Shown: positions 28,477-38,620 of the stretch, one piece after another
Numbering within the stretch: position 1 is the first letter of the stretch
Layout: each line of letters opens with the position of its first letter
Source of the DNA: a virus
IMG/VR virus record: IMGVR_UViG_3300027763_000027
Location: 107,917-171,916 of that record
Direction: 5' to 3' (one strand)
Length of the DNA stretch: 64,000 bases
The notes under the pieces: generated by a model
Told to the model about the DNA's origin: nothing
Databases searched by the model: none
The model's input: only the letters and a program-made list of their open reading frames with translations
Position numbers and translations under genes: made by a program

Positions 28477-28987
28477 ATATGGCGTACCCCCATTAATTAA
28501 ATCAGACACAAGAAAGACACCCCCATTTTTGAAAAATTATAAGCGAGAGCGTTTGGAATAGCGTCGTGGGGGTATAAAAATCATTCTCCCCATACTAATA
28601 AAAGTATTCTTCTATATAGGTATACCCTACCCTTTTTTTAAAATCTATTTAAATTCAAGCTTAGAGTATATCTTTACAAGGCAAAAAAATCATCGGGGCT
28701 ATTTATTCTTATAACTCTTTTTGTATATATAAAAATCCTATACTATAGTGTAATAACAATTACTATGAAAATTAATTTAAAAACAATATTATTAACAGTT
28801 ATGCTAGGTAGTTTATACTACTTCTTATCTCACAATAAAAACAATAAAACAGAAATCAAAATCAAACAAAAAGAACAAATAACAATTATTGATAAAAAAC
28901 CTTCAAAATTACCCGCGCCCAAGGTTTATATTTCTTGTGCGCCCCAGAATAGACTAGGGGTAACAAATAACTGGAGGAGCAGATAAT

Positions 28988-29461
28988 ATGATAGCTTCAA
29001 TTCAAGAAATAACCAAACCATTTCAAGAGGCGAATATTAGACCAAGAAATTTTGTAATAGCAGACAAAGAATACTTTTGCCCAACAAGAGAAACAGTAAC
29101 TAATCTAATATATCCAGCTTATGTTTGGTGGTTAAAATCTTTAAAATTAACTAAATGGACTCATAAATGGGATTGTGATAACTTTGCAGACGCTTTTAAG
29201 TTGTTTGGTTGTGGATACCACTATCAAAACATCCAAGATGATGCAGAAGGAATAGCTATTGGAGTTATTAATTATATGGCAAATAGCCGCGCAGAGAATG
29301 GCACAGCAGGAGGCCATGCCATAAATCTTATATATACCGACGATGGCAAGAAAGATGATGGCTCCAATAATATAGGAATGATATTCCTAGAACCTCAAAA
29401 TGGTAAACTTTATAACCTAAAAGCAGAAGAATTTAATAGCATTTGGACAGTTTATATTTGA
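28988..29461 (+). CDS. Papain/transglutaminase-like cysteine protease-fold protein
   Basis: WDCDNFA, GHAIN and FLEPQ Cys-His-Glu pattern. Confidence 0.6.
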   Translation: MIASIQEITKPFQEANIRPRNFVIADKEYFCPTRETVTNLIYPAYVWWLKSLKLTKWTHKWDCDNFADAFKLFGCGYHYQNIQDDAEGIAIGVINYMANSRAENGTAGGHAINLIYTDDGKKDDGSNNIGMIFLEPQNGKLYNLKAEEFNSIWTVYI

Positions 29462-29952
29462 CAAATACAAATATTTAATATAATATAAATGCATGAAACT
29501 TTTATTATCTTATTTATTTTATTATTTAGGGGATATTATAAGCAGAACAACTATGGTTTGGGGCAAAGGCTTTGGTTACCATACTTATAGTAAACTAATG
29601 AATTTAAGTCTTACTCTAGATAAAGAAGGCAAAATCTGGAAATACGTTAAACCAAAAACTAAAAAAAGAAAAAAGAAATGAATTGGATTAAAATATTAAA
29701 TTTTATTGACGGAGTTTTTGAAGAAGAAGAAGAACAACCAGTGCTAGGAACTCTTTATAAAATCAAAGGAGAAGATTTGGCATTTAGATATATTAGATAC
29801 TCCCAAGAACCATTCTCAACAAAACCAATTTATCACTTTAAACATCATCAACTAAAAGAGCATAAATTTAATAATCTTTCCAAAATAGAAAGAAAAGCTA
29901 ACAGTGAAGAGATTAGAATATATAACTTAATCAAATCTCACGTAAATAACAT

Positions 29953-30642
29953 ATGTTAATTTCTCATAGATATAAATTTCTATTTGTTTCTATTCCCAAA
30001 ACTGGAACAGTAGCTATGCAAAAGGCTTTGCATCCATATGGAGACGTTTTTCATACTACAAACGCTCCTTCACCTTTATATGTTCATGGTAAAGCTAAGG
30101 ATTTAAAAAAATATTTTATTGAAAATGGATGGAATTGGGATGAATATTTTAAATTTGGTTTTGTCAGAAACCCTTGGGATTCACTTGTTTCTCAATATTT
30201 TTATAAAATTAATTTTGCTGAGAGAGAAAAAACTAATGTACCACATAATAAATTGTTTATGTTATATTGTAAAAGATTTAAATATTTATGCAAAGATTTT
30301 AATTCAGCGGTAATATCTAATATGCTTACGACTACTAATCAAAAAAACTGGGCATTTGATGACGAAAACAAAAATTTATTAAATTTTATTGGAAGATTTG
30401 AAAATATAGATCAAGACTTTAAAATAGCTTGTGAAAAAATAAATTTACCCCAAATTGAACTTAAGCGTTTTAATCGAACAACCCATGAAAATTATAAAAA
30501 ATACTATACAGAAGAAACAATAAAAATTATTGAAAAAAAGTTCAAAGAAGATATTCGAATATTTAATTATAAATTTGATGGTTTTACAGAAATTATGTCT
30601 AGCGAAGATTATAATAAAAGGATTTCCAGCATTAATCAATGA
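29953..30642 (+). CDS. Sulfotransferase family 2 protein
   Basis: FVSIPKTGT (5'-PSB), FVRNPWDSLVSQY (3'-PB), IGRFENI...FNYKF. Confidence 0.85.
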   Translation: MLISHRYKFLFVSIPKTGTVAMQKALHPYGDVFHTTNAPSPLYVHGKAKDLKKYFIENGWNWDEYFKFGFVRNPWDSLVSQYFYKINFAEREKTNVPHNKLFMLYCKRFKYLCKDFNSAVISNMLTTTNQKNWAFDDENKNLLNFIGRFENIDQDFKIACEKINLPQIELKRFNRTTHENYKKYYTEETIKIIEKKFKEDIRIFNYKFDGFTEIMSSEDYNKRISSINQ

Positions 30643-30888
30643 TCTCATTTATTACATATATAGTATTAACATATTATTCAATTAATTTTGTATTATGGTT
30701 GTATAATGTTAATAAACCAGAATATCAAATAAACGATTATTCTCTTATTAAAATAGCCCCTATTAATAATATTAAAAAAAAAGAAATTATATCAGAAGAT
30801 ATTCAAGAATCCAAGATAGCAGACAATACAAAATTTACTAATAAAATTTATAAAAAACATCTGAGTGTTCGTGTAAACTATACACAAC

Positions 30889-31863
30889 ATGATCTGGTTT
30901 AATACATTACTAGGACTAAGTGCTCTTTTTGTAGCTGGTTGCGGAGCATTTTTCTCTGTCAAAGGAATAGGATTACTATTCTCTGGTAGTTTTTGGGCAA
31001 CAGTCTTAATGGCAAGCAGTCTAGAATTTGGGAAAATCATGGCGACCAGTTTCTTGTATAGATATTGGAATAGAATAAATAAATTAATTAAAATATATTT
31101 AACTTCAGCAGTTGTTATCTTAATGGGTATTACTAGTTTAGGAGTATTTGGCTTTTTGAGCCAAGCCTTTTATTCAACTAAAAGTAATAATGACGCTATA
31201 GAGTCTCAAATAAATCTTCTAGAAAATAAAAAACAATCACTTAATACTCAAATCAACTCTAATAACGAAAGGATCAAAACCCTAACAGATACAAGAAAAA
31301 ATCAAGAAGTTAATTTAACAAAAGCGCTAGATCAATCGACCACAACAACAATAACTAAATCTGGAGGTTTATTTAATAAAGATACTCAAGAAAAGGTAAT
31401 AGATAAAAAATCTGTAGAGCTAAAAACTCAATCATTAAACTCTATGCAATCTAGCATATCTTCTTTAGAAAATAATATAGAAAAAATTAATATTAATAAT
31501 AATACTTTAATAAACGATATTAATATTATAGACAATTCTCTCATCGACCTGCAAAAACAATCAAGTAAATCAGACATAGGGACATACAAGTTCATAGCAG
31601 AAGCTTTTAATGTAAAAATAGAAACAGTAGTAAAGTGGTTTATATTGTTTATAGTTTCAGTTTTTGACCCATTAGCTGTATGTTTAATTTTAGCTTACAA
31701 CATAGCTTCAAATAAGAGATATGGAATCGAAATAGAAGAAAAAATTATAGAGAAAATAATAGAAAAACCAGTAGAAATAGTAAAAGATATATACCATCAG
31801 TACAAAAGGGGTACAAAAAAACCCCACAACTCAGACCTAGCAGACCCAAGTATTAAATATTAA
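30889..31863 (+). CDS. Membrane protein with long coiled coil
   Basis: Three N-terminal TM segments, coiled coil, C-terminal TM (VFDPLAV). Confidence 0.7.
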   Translation: MIWFNTLLGLSALFVAGCGAFFSVKGIGLLFSGSFWATVLMASSLEFGKIMATSFLYRYWNRINKLIKIYLTSAVVILMGITSLGVFGFLSQAFYSTKSNNDAIESQINLLENKKQSLNTQINSNNERIKTLTDTRKNQEVNLTKALDQSTTTTITKSGGLFNKDTQEKVIDKKSVELKTQSLNSMQSSISSLENNIEKININNNTLINDINIIDNSLIDLQKQSSKSDIGTYKFIAEAFNVKIETVVKWFILFIVSVFDPLAVCLILAYNIASNKRYGIEIEEKIIEKIIEKPVEIVKDIYHQYKRGTKKPHNSDLADPSIKY

Positions 31864-32141
31864 ACTAAAGCGTAACCTTTTTTAAAATTTAATTTTAAAG
31901 AAAAAGAATTAACGGCTTGCCCGTGGTCAAATCTTTTAATAAAATCTGCACCGACTTTTGGCATCAAAGCAATATATTCTTGATTCTTCATTTTAACAAC
32001 TACATGAGAAGGAAGAACGGAAACACTGTTTATTTTTCCTTTCATTTCTTTTTTAATAGCTCTAGCTATGGCGCAATTTTGAGGATTAGCTTTTTCACCC
32101 TCAAATATATTTCTTTCTGTTATATTTATATTTTTATTCAT
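31860..32141 (-). CDS. Hypothetical protein
   Basis: NCAIARA motif; coupled to the upstream minus-strand gene. Confidence 0.6.
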   Translation of the reverse strand: MNKNINITERNIFEGEKANPQNCAIARAIKKEMKGKINSVSVLPSHVVVKMKNQEYIALMPKVGADFIKRFDHGQAVNSFSLKLNFKKGYALV

Positions 32142-32776
32142 TTATTTTCCTTTATTTTATAATCATAATTATCACTATCTTCAGTAACCCATTTGGGGCT
32201 ATTTTCAGCAGTATAAATATGAGAATTTATTTTTCTTTGCAACAATAATTCATTTGGTTTTGTTGCGAAGCTTGGATCGAACACCCTAATCCTATTATTA
32301 GGTTGTATTGCAAAATTACCATTATCGAGTTTTATAACATGACCAGCTTTATGTTGATCTGCTCTTTGACTAAATCCAAAATTTAATTCATTATAATCGC
32401 TATGAGCCCAGTCGAGAGTAAATAAATAACGGCCCATATATTCTTTACCACTTCTACCAGTATATTTAATTATTTTATTTTCTAGCAAATAAAAATTTGT
32501 TACAGATATATGATAACTAAAGCTATCCCAAAGCTCTAATTCAGCAAGCTCCATATCTGGAGCATCTTCTATAGAACAAAAAGCACTTATAGGCGCATGC
32601 CACCAAATACCACCATCTTCCATAAGAAAATTAAAAAGTGGGACTTGGCTAGGTAAACTTGTAACTCCAAAAATTAAACATTTATATTTTTTATCGAAAC
32701 TATCTTCTTGATTTCTTAAATAATTTCCTCTTACAAAGGCTTCAATTGGAGGAATATTTGCGTTTAGATATGCCAC
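32138..32776 (-). CDS. Conserved phage hypothetical protein
   Basis: MAYLNANIPP...LELWDSFSY...YLFTLDW...GNFAIQPNNR family recalled from aquatic phages. Confidence 0.75.
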   Translation of the reverse strand: MAYLNANIPPIEAFVRGNYLRNQEDSFDKKYKCLIFGVTSLPSQVPLFNFLMEDGGIWWHAPISAFCSIEDAPDMELAELELWDSFSYHISVTNFYLLENKIIKYTGRSGKEYMGRYLFTLDWAHSDYNELNFGFSQRADQHKAGHVIKLDNGNFAIQPNNRIRVFDPSFATKPNELLLQRKINSHIYTAENSPKWVTEDSDNYDYKIKENK

Positions 32777-32832
32777 AGCTAATTTATTTACACATAATAT
32801 TAAATTATAGTGTAAATATGAATGTAAGCTAC

Positions 32833-33552
32833 ATGTCTAAAAAGCATAAACAAAAAGAAGATAAGTCCGCTCCCGTTCCTCAAAGAGATAAAATTGAAGG
32901 TTTCTTAAATATTCGAGAATTACAATGGACAGATAATCAGAAAACATTCATACAACTTCTTCAAGATAAGAGCACTAAAATAGTCCTTTGCAAAGGTCCA
33001 GCTGGTACAGCTAAAAGTTTACTGAGCGTTTATGCTGCTTTAAATGCTATTAATAGTAAGAAAATAGGCGAAATATTCTATGTTCGTAATCCCGTAGAGA
33101 GCTCTTCTCATAATCTCGGATTTCTTAAAGGTGACCTTCATAGTAAACTTGATCCTTATTTGCAACCCCTTATGGATAAACTTCACGAACTACTACCTAA
33201 AGGACAAGTAGACATGCTTTTGAAACAAGAAAGAGTAAAAGGATTACCAGTCGGATTCTTAAGAGGATTAAGTATCAACGCAAGTTATATAATATGCGAC
33301 GAAGCCCAAAACTTAAGCGTAAATGATCTTTTACTTATTAAAACTAGAATGGGTAAATTTAGTAAGCTTATATTAATAGGAGATATACGTCAATCTGATA
33401 TTAAGAATAGTGGTTTTGAAAAAATTTACAACCTTTTTGATGATAAAATAAGTCGAGAAAAAGGCATACATACATTTAAATTTCGAACAGAGGATATCAT
33501 GAGAAATGATATTCTAGCTTATATTATAGAAAAATTCGAAGAACTTAAATAA
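32833..33552 (+). CDS. phoH: PhoH-family ATPase
   Basis: GPAGTAKS Walker A, LGFLKG, FLRG, DEAQN, TRMG, GDxxQSD. Confidence 0.92.
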   Translation: MSKKHKQKEDKSAPVPQRDKIEGFLNIRELQWTDNQKTFIQLLQDKSTKIVLCKGPAGTAKSLLSVYAALNAINSKKIGEIFYVRNPVESSSHNLGFLKGDLHSKLDPYLQPLMDKLHELLPKGQVDMLLKQERVKGLPVGFLRGLSINASYIICDEAQNLSVNDLLLIKTRMGKFSKLILIGDIRQSDIKNSGFEKIYNLFDDKISREKGIHTFKFRTEDIMRNDILAYIIEKFEELK

Positions 33553-33587
33553 TTGAAATTTTAATTAATTTAAAGTATAATTATATT

Positions 33588-34037
33588 ATGCTTAAAGTAT
33601 ATTGTTCTCAATGTGGTTCGCCTACATCTTATTCCGCTGTTAAACCTAAATTTTGTAGTGGATGTGGGCGCTCTTTCGATGGTACGGTAGTTAATAAAAT
33701 ACAAAATCAACAACCAGTTATAATAAAACAAGAACCTATTAAAAAAAATATACCAAAAATTCAACCAAGAGCACAAATTGAAAATTATGATGATGGGGAT
33801 GATTATGAAGGCCAAGAAGTCAATTATGTTCCAGAAATTTCAAGGTTGGATTGCGAAATAACCGAATCAAAACCAAAGGGAACTAAAATTAAAGATTTAG
33901 CTGGAACATTAAAAGATTCAGAAAGATCAATAGAACCTAATTCTATTATTAAAAGTAAAAAAATGTCAAAATCTGAAAAAAAGAAAGCGGCATTAAGTAT
34001 CTTGAAAGAGGGAGCATCTATTCGCGTCAAGAAATAA
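33588..34037 (+). CDS. Zinc-ribbon protein
   Basis: CSQCG...KPKFCSGCG. Confidence 0.7.
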   Translation: MLKVYCSQCGSPTSYSAVKPKFCSGCGRSFDGTVVNKIQNQQPVIIKQEPIKKNIPKIQPRAQIENYDDGDDYEGQEVNYVPEISRLDCEITESKPKGTKIKDLAGTLKDSERSIEPNSIIKSKKMSKSEKKKAALSILKEGASIRVKK

Positions 34038-34051
34038 TTGAGACATAAATA

Positions 34052-34735
34052 ATGGCGAATAAAAAATTAATTTTTGAGAATCATATTAATCAAATTGACA
34101 ATGAGATCTTAAAAAGAAAAAATAAATGGAATCTACAGAGCATTTCATGGATGGACTTTAGCGATGTTTCTCAAATATTAAGAATACATATATATAAAAA
34201 ATGGCATTTATATAATTCATCTAAACCATTAGCTCCATGGATAAATAGAATTATAAGTAATCAAATTAAAAACTTAATAAGAAATACTTATACAAATTAC
34301 GCTCGCCCTTGCCTTAGATGTGCTGCTTCAGATGGCGACGAAGGTTGCAGTATATATGTTAAACAATGTGTTAATTGCCCACTTTATGCGAATTGGATAA
34401 AATCGAAAAAGAATGCTCATGATACTAAATTACCAGTATCTATAGAAAATCATTTAAATGAAGTACATGAAATCAAAAATGAAATTTTAGATTTAGAAAA
34501 AACAGCAACAAATATTCATGAAAAAATGAAAAAAATACTTAAGCCAATCGAATGGAAAGTATACAATTATTTATATATAGAACATAAAAACGAAGAGCAA
34601 ACAGCGAAATTAATGGGCTACAGAACAAGCGAAAAGAATAGAGTAGCTGGATACAAGCAGATTAAAAATATAAAAAAGAATATTATATCTAAAGTTAAAG
34701 TTCATTTATATTCTGGAGACATAGACATAACATGA
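34052..34735 (+). CDS. Sigma70-like phage transcription factor with Cys insertion
   Basis: Region-2-like DVSQILRIHIYKKWHLY...PWINRIISNQIKN; C-terminal HTH EEQTAKLMGY; CLRC and CVNC pairs. Confidence 0.6.
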   Translation: MANKKLIFENHINQIDNEILKRKNKWNLQSISWMDFSDVSQILRIHIYKKWHLYNSSKPLAPWINRIISNQIKNLIRNTYTNYARPCLRCAASDGDEGCSIYVKQCVNCPLYANWIKSKKNAHDTKLPVSIENHLNEVHEIKNEILDLEKTATNIHEKMKKILKPIEWKVYNYLYIEHKNEEQTAKLMGYRTSEKNRVAGYKQIKNIKKNIISKVKVHLYSGDIDIT

Positions 34736-35826
34736 GCGAAGACGTACTAATCCTAACAGAAGAACAGCAATTAAAATTATTAAATGAATGGAATAATCGC
34801 ACGGATAATCCACCATCATTAGTAGAATTAGTTCAATTAGCTTTTGGTAGAGACGACCTAGATGGCAGAAGTAAAGAAGGAAAAGCTGTTAAAAACTTTC
34901 TAGCTAGTAGACAAATCAAACCTAAAAAAAGTCACGAATATCAAGCTAAAGGGCTCCTAGAATTACCACAAGAACAAAAAGAATATATAAGTAACAATTG
35001 CAATACAATGACAGGATTAGAAATGGCAAAAATTTTATTCAAGAATGATAATCTTACTAATTTGTCTCAAGAGACAAGAAGCATTCTAGAATACATGAAA
35101 AATATACCTAGCAATATAAAATTCAATAATACAGAAAATGAAAACGCAGCAACAGAAGGTTATAAACCACCCCGCAGCGAAGAAAGAATGATAGCAAAAG
35201 TTAATAAATATGTTCTAGATGGAATTGACAAAAATAAACTTACTCATAAACATAAAAAAGAAATTAATTCTCTAATTGGTTATATGAATACTCACAGATT
35301 CATTCATCAAACAAATATTTATGATAACGAAGGAGATAGAGAGCTTTTCGAAAGTAGTTTCGTCAGATATACTTACGATAAAGGCGATCTTTCTCAAGAA
35401 GAGGTAGATCAATATATAGTGCTTTGCACAGAAGTTGTTATATCGTCAAATATTCAACAGACAATTAATGTTTTGCAAAATCAAATAGAATTATCAATGC
35501 AAGAAGATGGAAAAATACCCATGGCACTTGTAGAAGCGAGTAGTACTGCTCGTAAAGAATATAATGATTGTGTTAATCGTCAACAAAAATTAAATAATGA
35601 TCTCAAAGTTAAGCGCAGTGATAAGTTAAGCAAGCAAGTAAAAGAAACTGCATCAGTTATCAACCTTGTCCAAATGTGGAAAGAGGAAGAGAGTAGAGCA
35701 AAACTACTTAAAATGGCTGACATGAGAAAACAAACCATAGAAAAAGAAATAGACCGTTTATCTACAATGGATGAAGTAAAATGTAAAATACTAGGGATCT
35801 CAAAAGATGAGATTTTAAATGGATGA
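34732..35826 (+). CDS. Hypothetical helical protein (possible small terminase/packaging factor)
   Basis: Position in the coupled operon before the terminase; coiled-coil C-terminus; function inferred from position only. Confidence 0.4.
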   Translation: MSEDVLILTEEQQLKLLNEWNNRTDNPPSLVELVQLAFGRDDLDGRSKEGKAVKNFLASRQIKPKKSHEYQAKGLLELPQEQKEYISNNCNTMTGLEMAKILFKNDNLTNLSQETRSILEYMKNIPSNIKFNNTENENAATEGYKPPRSEERMIAKVNKYVLDGIDKNKLTHKHKKEINSLIGYMNTHRFIHQTNIYDNEGDRELFESSFVRYTYDKGDLSQEEVDQYIVLCTEVVISSNIQQTINVLQNQIELSMQEDGKIPMALVEASSTARKEYNDCVNRQQKLNNDLKVKRSDKLSKQVKETASVINLVQMWKEEESRAKLLKMADMRKQTIEKEIDRLSTMDEVKCKILGISKDEILNG

Positions 35827-36758
35827 GCGTAATATGCAAAGTAGATGGTAAGGAATTTAAAGACGAAAAGAGTCTTCATCTTTCGTTAAAAAGCTATGGT
35901 TTAAATAAAGTAAAATATTATCAAAAATATTTTGAGCGTAGAGATCTGCTTACTAAAGAGCTTATTAATTTTAAAACAAAAGAGCAATATTTTAATAGCG
36001 ATTTTAATGACAAAAATAATATGAAAAAATGGTTGAAAGAACAGTCAATAGAGAAAGCCCAAGAGTATTGTAAGTCTTTACTAATAAAAAGAAAAGAAGA
36101 TAAGAAGCTCACCTACTCTCCATCGCAAGTAGAACTAAGAACTATAATGGCGCCTTCTATTATTTTTTACAATAAAATATTTAATGATTATTATGACGTC
36201 TGTTCTTCGATAGGTTTAGAAAATAAATACATACATCCAAAAAATATTATACATCAATTTAAAAATAAATTGATTTCAAGAGATACAATATACGTAGACA
36301 CAAGAGAACAAAGTTGGTTAAAATTTGATATTCCATTTGAAATAAAAACCTTGCCATTTGGCGATTATTCTTGTAGTAACGATAATTGCAATTGCTTTAT
36401 AGAAAGAAAAAGCTTAAGTGATTTTATAAGCACTTTAAGTGTTAAAAATTTTGATAGATTTAAAAATGAAATTAAAAAAGCTAAAGAAAATAATTCTTAT
36501 ATTATAGTAATGATAGAGGAAACGCTAACAAATGCTTTAAGTTTTCCTTATTTGCCTCATATAAGTAAAAATATTAAAGCAACACCAGAATATATATTTC
36601 ATAATGTTAGACAATTAATTCAAGAACATGATAATTTGCAATTTTTATTTGTTGACGGCAGAAAAGAAATGACAAAAATTATAGAAATAATATTCGCTAG
36701 TAAATGTTTTTACAAAAAAATAGATTTACAATTAGCATATGATATGAAACTACTATGA
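35823..36758 (+). CDS. ERCC4/XPF-family nuclease
   Basis: VDTREQ...LPFGDY...IERKSLSD motif set. Confidence 0.8.
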   Translation: MSVICKVDGKEFKDEKSLHLSLKSYGLNKVKYYQKYFERRDLLTKELINFKTKEQYFNSDFNDKNNMKKWLKEQSIEKAQEYCKSLLIKRKEDKKLTYSPSQVELRTIMAPSIIFYNKIFNDYYDVCSSIGLENKYIHPKNIIHQFKNKLISRDTIYVDTREQSWLKFDIPFEIKTLPFGDYSCSNDNCNCFIERKSLSDFISTLSVKNFDRFKNEIKKAKENNSYIIVMIEETLTNALSFPYLPHISKNIKATPEYIFHNVRQLIQEHDNLQFLFVDGRKEMTKIIEIIFASKCFYKKIDLQLAYDMKLL

Positions 36759-38599
36759 TATATTGTCCAGATAAATATATAAGAGAAGTTAAAGATGTTA
36801 ATGCCGAATTAGCGGAACTAAAGGGTTATCTTAATGATAAAGAAGCGAAAATTAGTTTAGCTAAATTTCTTAGAGCTAATATCGGATTTTCTACTGAACT
36901 TATTAGCGGAGTCAAACTCGCTCCTTATCAAGAAATTCATTTAAAGGCTTTATTAAATAGAAATTTTAATATGTGCGTTTTTGGTCGAGGTTGTGGCAAA
37001 TCATTTATAGCTGCAGTATTTTGCTTTCTTCAATGTATATTCGAACCAAATACAAAAATTCTTATAGCTGGACCAACATTTAGAACTGCAAGGTTTATAT
37101 TTAATAATTTAGAAAAAATTGTAGAAAGTAAAGGGGCGGAATTATTATCTCAATGTTTTGGAGCAAAAGCTAAACGAAACGATCAATTTGAATGGCAAAT
37201 TAACGGAGGAAGCATTGTGGCAATCCCGCTTAATGGTGAAAAAATTCGAGGCTTTCGAGCCAACATTCTTGTTTTGGATGAGTTTCTTTTGCTACCAGAA
37301 GAAATTATTAAAAACGTTCTTATGCCATTTTTAGTTGCCCCACAAAATATGAAAGAGCGAATGCAAATTAGAGAACTTGAAGATAAACTTATATCAGATG
37401 GATTAATGAAAGAGGAAGATAGAATGGTATTTCAAAATACTAGCAAAATGATAGCTTTGTCTTCTGCAAGTTATACTTTTGAAAATCTTTATAAAACATA
37501 CATGGAATGGTCGGAAAAAATAAATAGCAAAGAAAGAGGAGAGGCAACCTACTTCGTAAGTCAATTGAGTTACGAAGCTCTTCCAGAAGAAATGATTGAT
37601 AAAACAATTATTGAAGAAGCTCAAGCTGGTGGTTCTAGCCATAGTGGATTTTTGCGAGAATACTGCGCACAGTTTACAGATGGAAGTGATAGTTATTTTA
37701 ATGCAAAAAAAATGGAAGAATGTACTTTAAAAAAAGGAGAATCTCCCCACACGTTAATGAAAGGCGATCCAAAGAAAAAATACATATTAGGAATTGATCC
37801 TAATATGAGTGATAGTCCTAATGCTGATTATTTTGCTATGGCAGTTATGGAGCTAGATGAAGAAAAAAATCATGGAGTTTTAGTTCACACTTATGCTGGA
37901 CTAGGCACTTTAAAAAATCATGTTAATTATCTTTATTATATAATTAAAAATTTTAATATTGTATTTATGATTCTTGATAATGCAGGATCAGACACATTCT
38001 TGGCTGCATGTAACGAGTCAGAATTTTTCAAAAAAGATAAAATTAATATTAAATTATTAGATATGGATTCTGAATTAGAAGGAGATGAATATAATTTAAT
38101 GTTAAGAAATTGCAAAAATCAATACAATTTAGATAATAGAAGAATAGCATTTAATCAAGTATTTACTAGTAATTTTATTAGAAAAGCAAATGAATACCTG
38201 CAAGCTTGTATAGATTATAAAAAAGTATGGTTTGCTAGTAGAACTTCTTCTGATGAAAGTTTTTTTAATCACGCAATATCTTTAAACATACCCATTGATT
38301 TAATGAAAACAGAAGATAAAAAAGATTGGACTTTATTAGATTTTATTGAAAATCAAGATGATTTTATTTATCAAACAAAAAAACAATGCGTATTAATTGA
38401 ACACTCTGCTACTAGTAGGGGTAATCAAAATTTTGATTTACCCCAACATTTAAAAAGAAGTTCTTCTGCAAATAAAGCTAGAAAAGATAATTATTCTGCA
38501 TTTATGTTAGCAAATTGGGCCGTTAAATGCTATAATGATATGATGGCAACACCTAAAATAGAAGAAGTATCTACTTTTTTGCCTAGAATGATAAGTTAA
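36755..38599 (+). CDS. terL: Terminase large subunit
   Basis: GRGCGKS Walker A, IRGFRANILVLDE Walker B, EYCAQF, YILGIDP nuclease domain, KDxYSA. Confidence 0.9.
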   Translation: MIYCPDKYIREVKDVNAELAELKGYLNDKEAKISLAKFLRANIGFSTELISGVKLAPYQEIHLKALLNRNFNMCVFGRGCGKSFIAAVFCFLQCIFEPNTKILIAGPTFRTARFIFNNLEKIVESKGAELLSQCFGAKAKRNDQFEWQINGGSIVAIPLNGEKIRGFRANILVLDEFLLLPEEIIKNVLMPFLVAPQNMKERMQIRELEDKLISDGLMKEEDRMVFQNTSKMIALSSASYTFENLYKTYMEWSEKINSKERGEATYFVSQLSYEALPEEMIDKTIIEEAQAGGSSHSGFLREYCAQFTDGSDSYFNAKKMEECTLKKGESPHTLMKGDPKKKYILGIDPNMSDSPNADYFAMAVMELDEEKNHGVLVHTYAGLGTLKNHVNYLYYIIKNFNIVFMILDNAGSDTFLAACNESEFFKKDKINIKLLDMDSELEGDEYNLMLRNCKNQYNLDNRRIAFNQVFTSNFIRKANEYLQACIDYKKVWFASRTSSDESFFNHAISLNIPIDLMKTEDKKDWTLLDFIENQDDFIYQTKKQCVLIEHSATSRGNQNFDLPQHLKRSSSANKARKDNYSAFMLANWAVKCYNDMMATPKIEEVSTFLPRMIS

Positions 38600-38600
38600 C

Positions 38601-38607
38601 GTGTAAT
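38601..38607 (+). promoter_or_regulatory. Representative GTGTAAT putative late promoter motif
   Basis: Recurs shortly before ATG at 3899, 4852, 5070, 13459, 14148, 20519, 28748, 38601, 45442, 53150, 57779 and on the minus strand at 22372. Confidence 0.65.
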
Positions 38608-38620
38608 AGAATTAAGTAAA

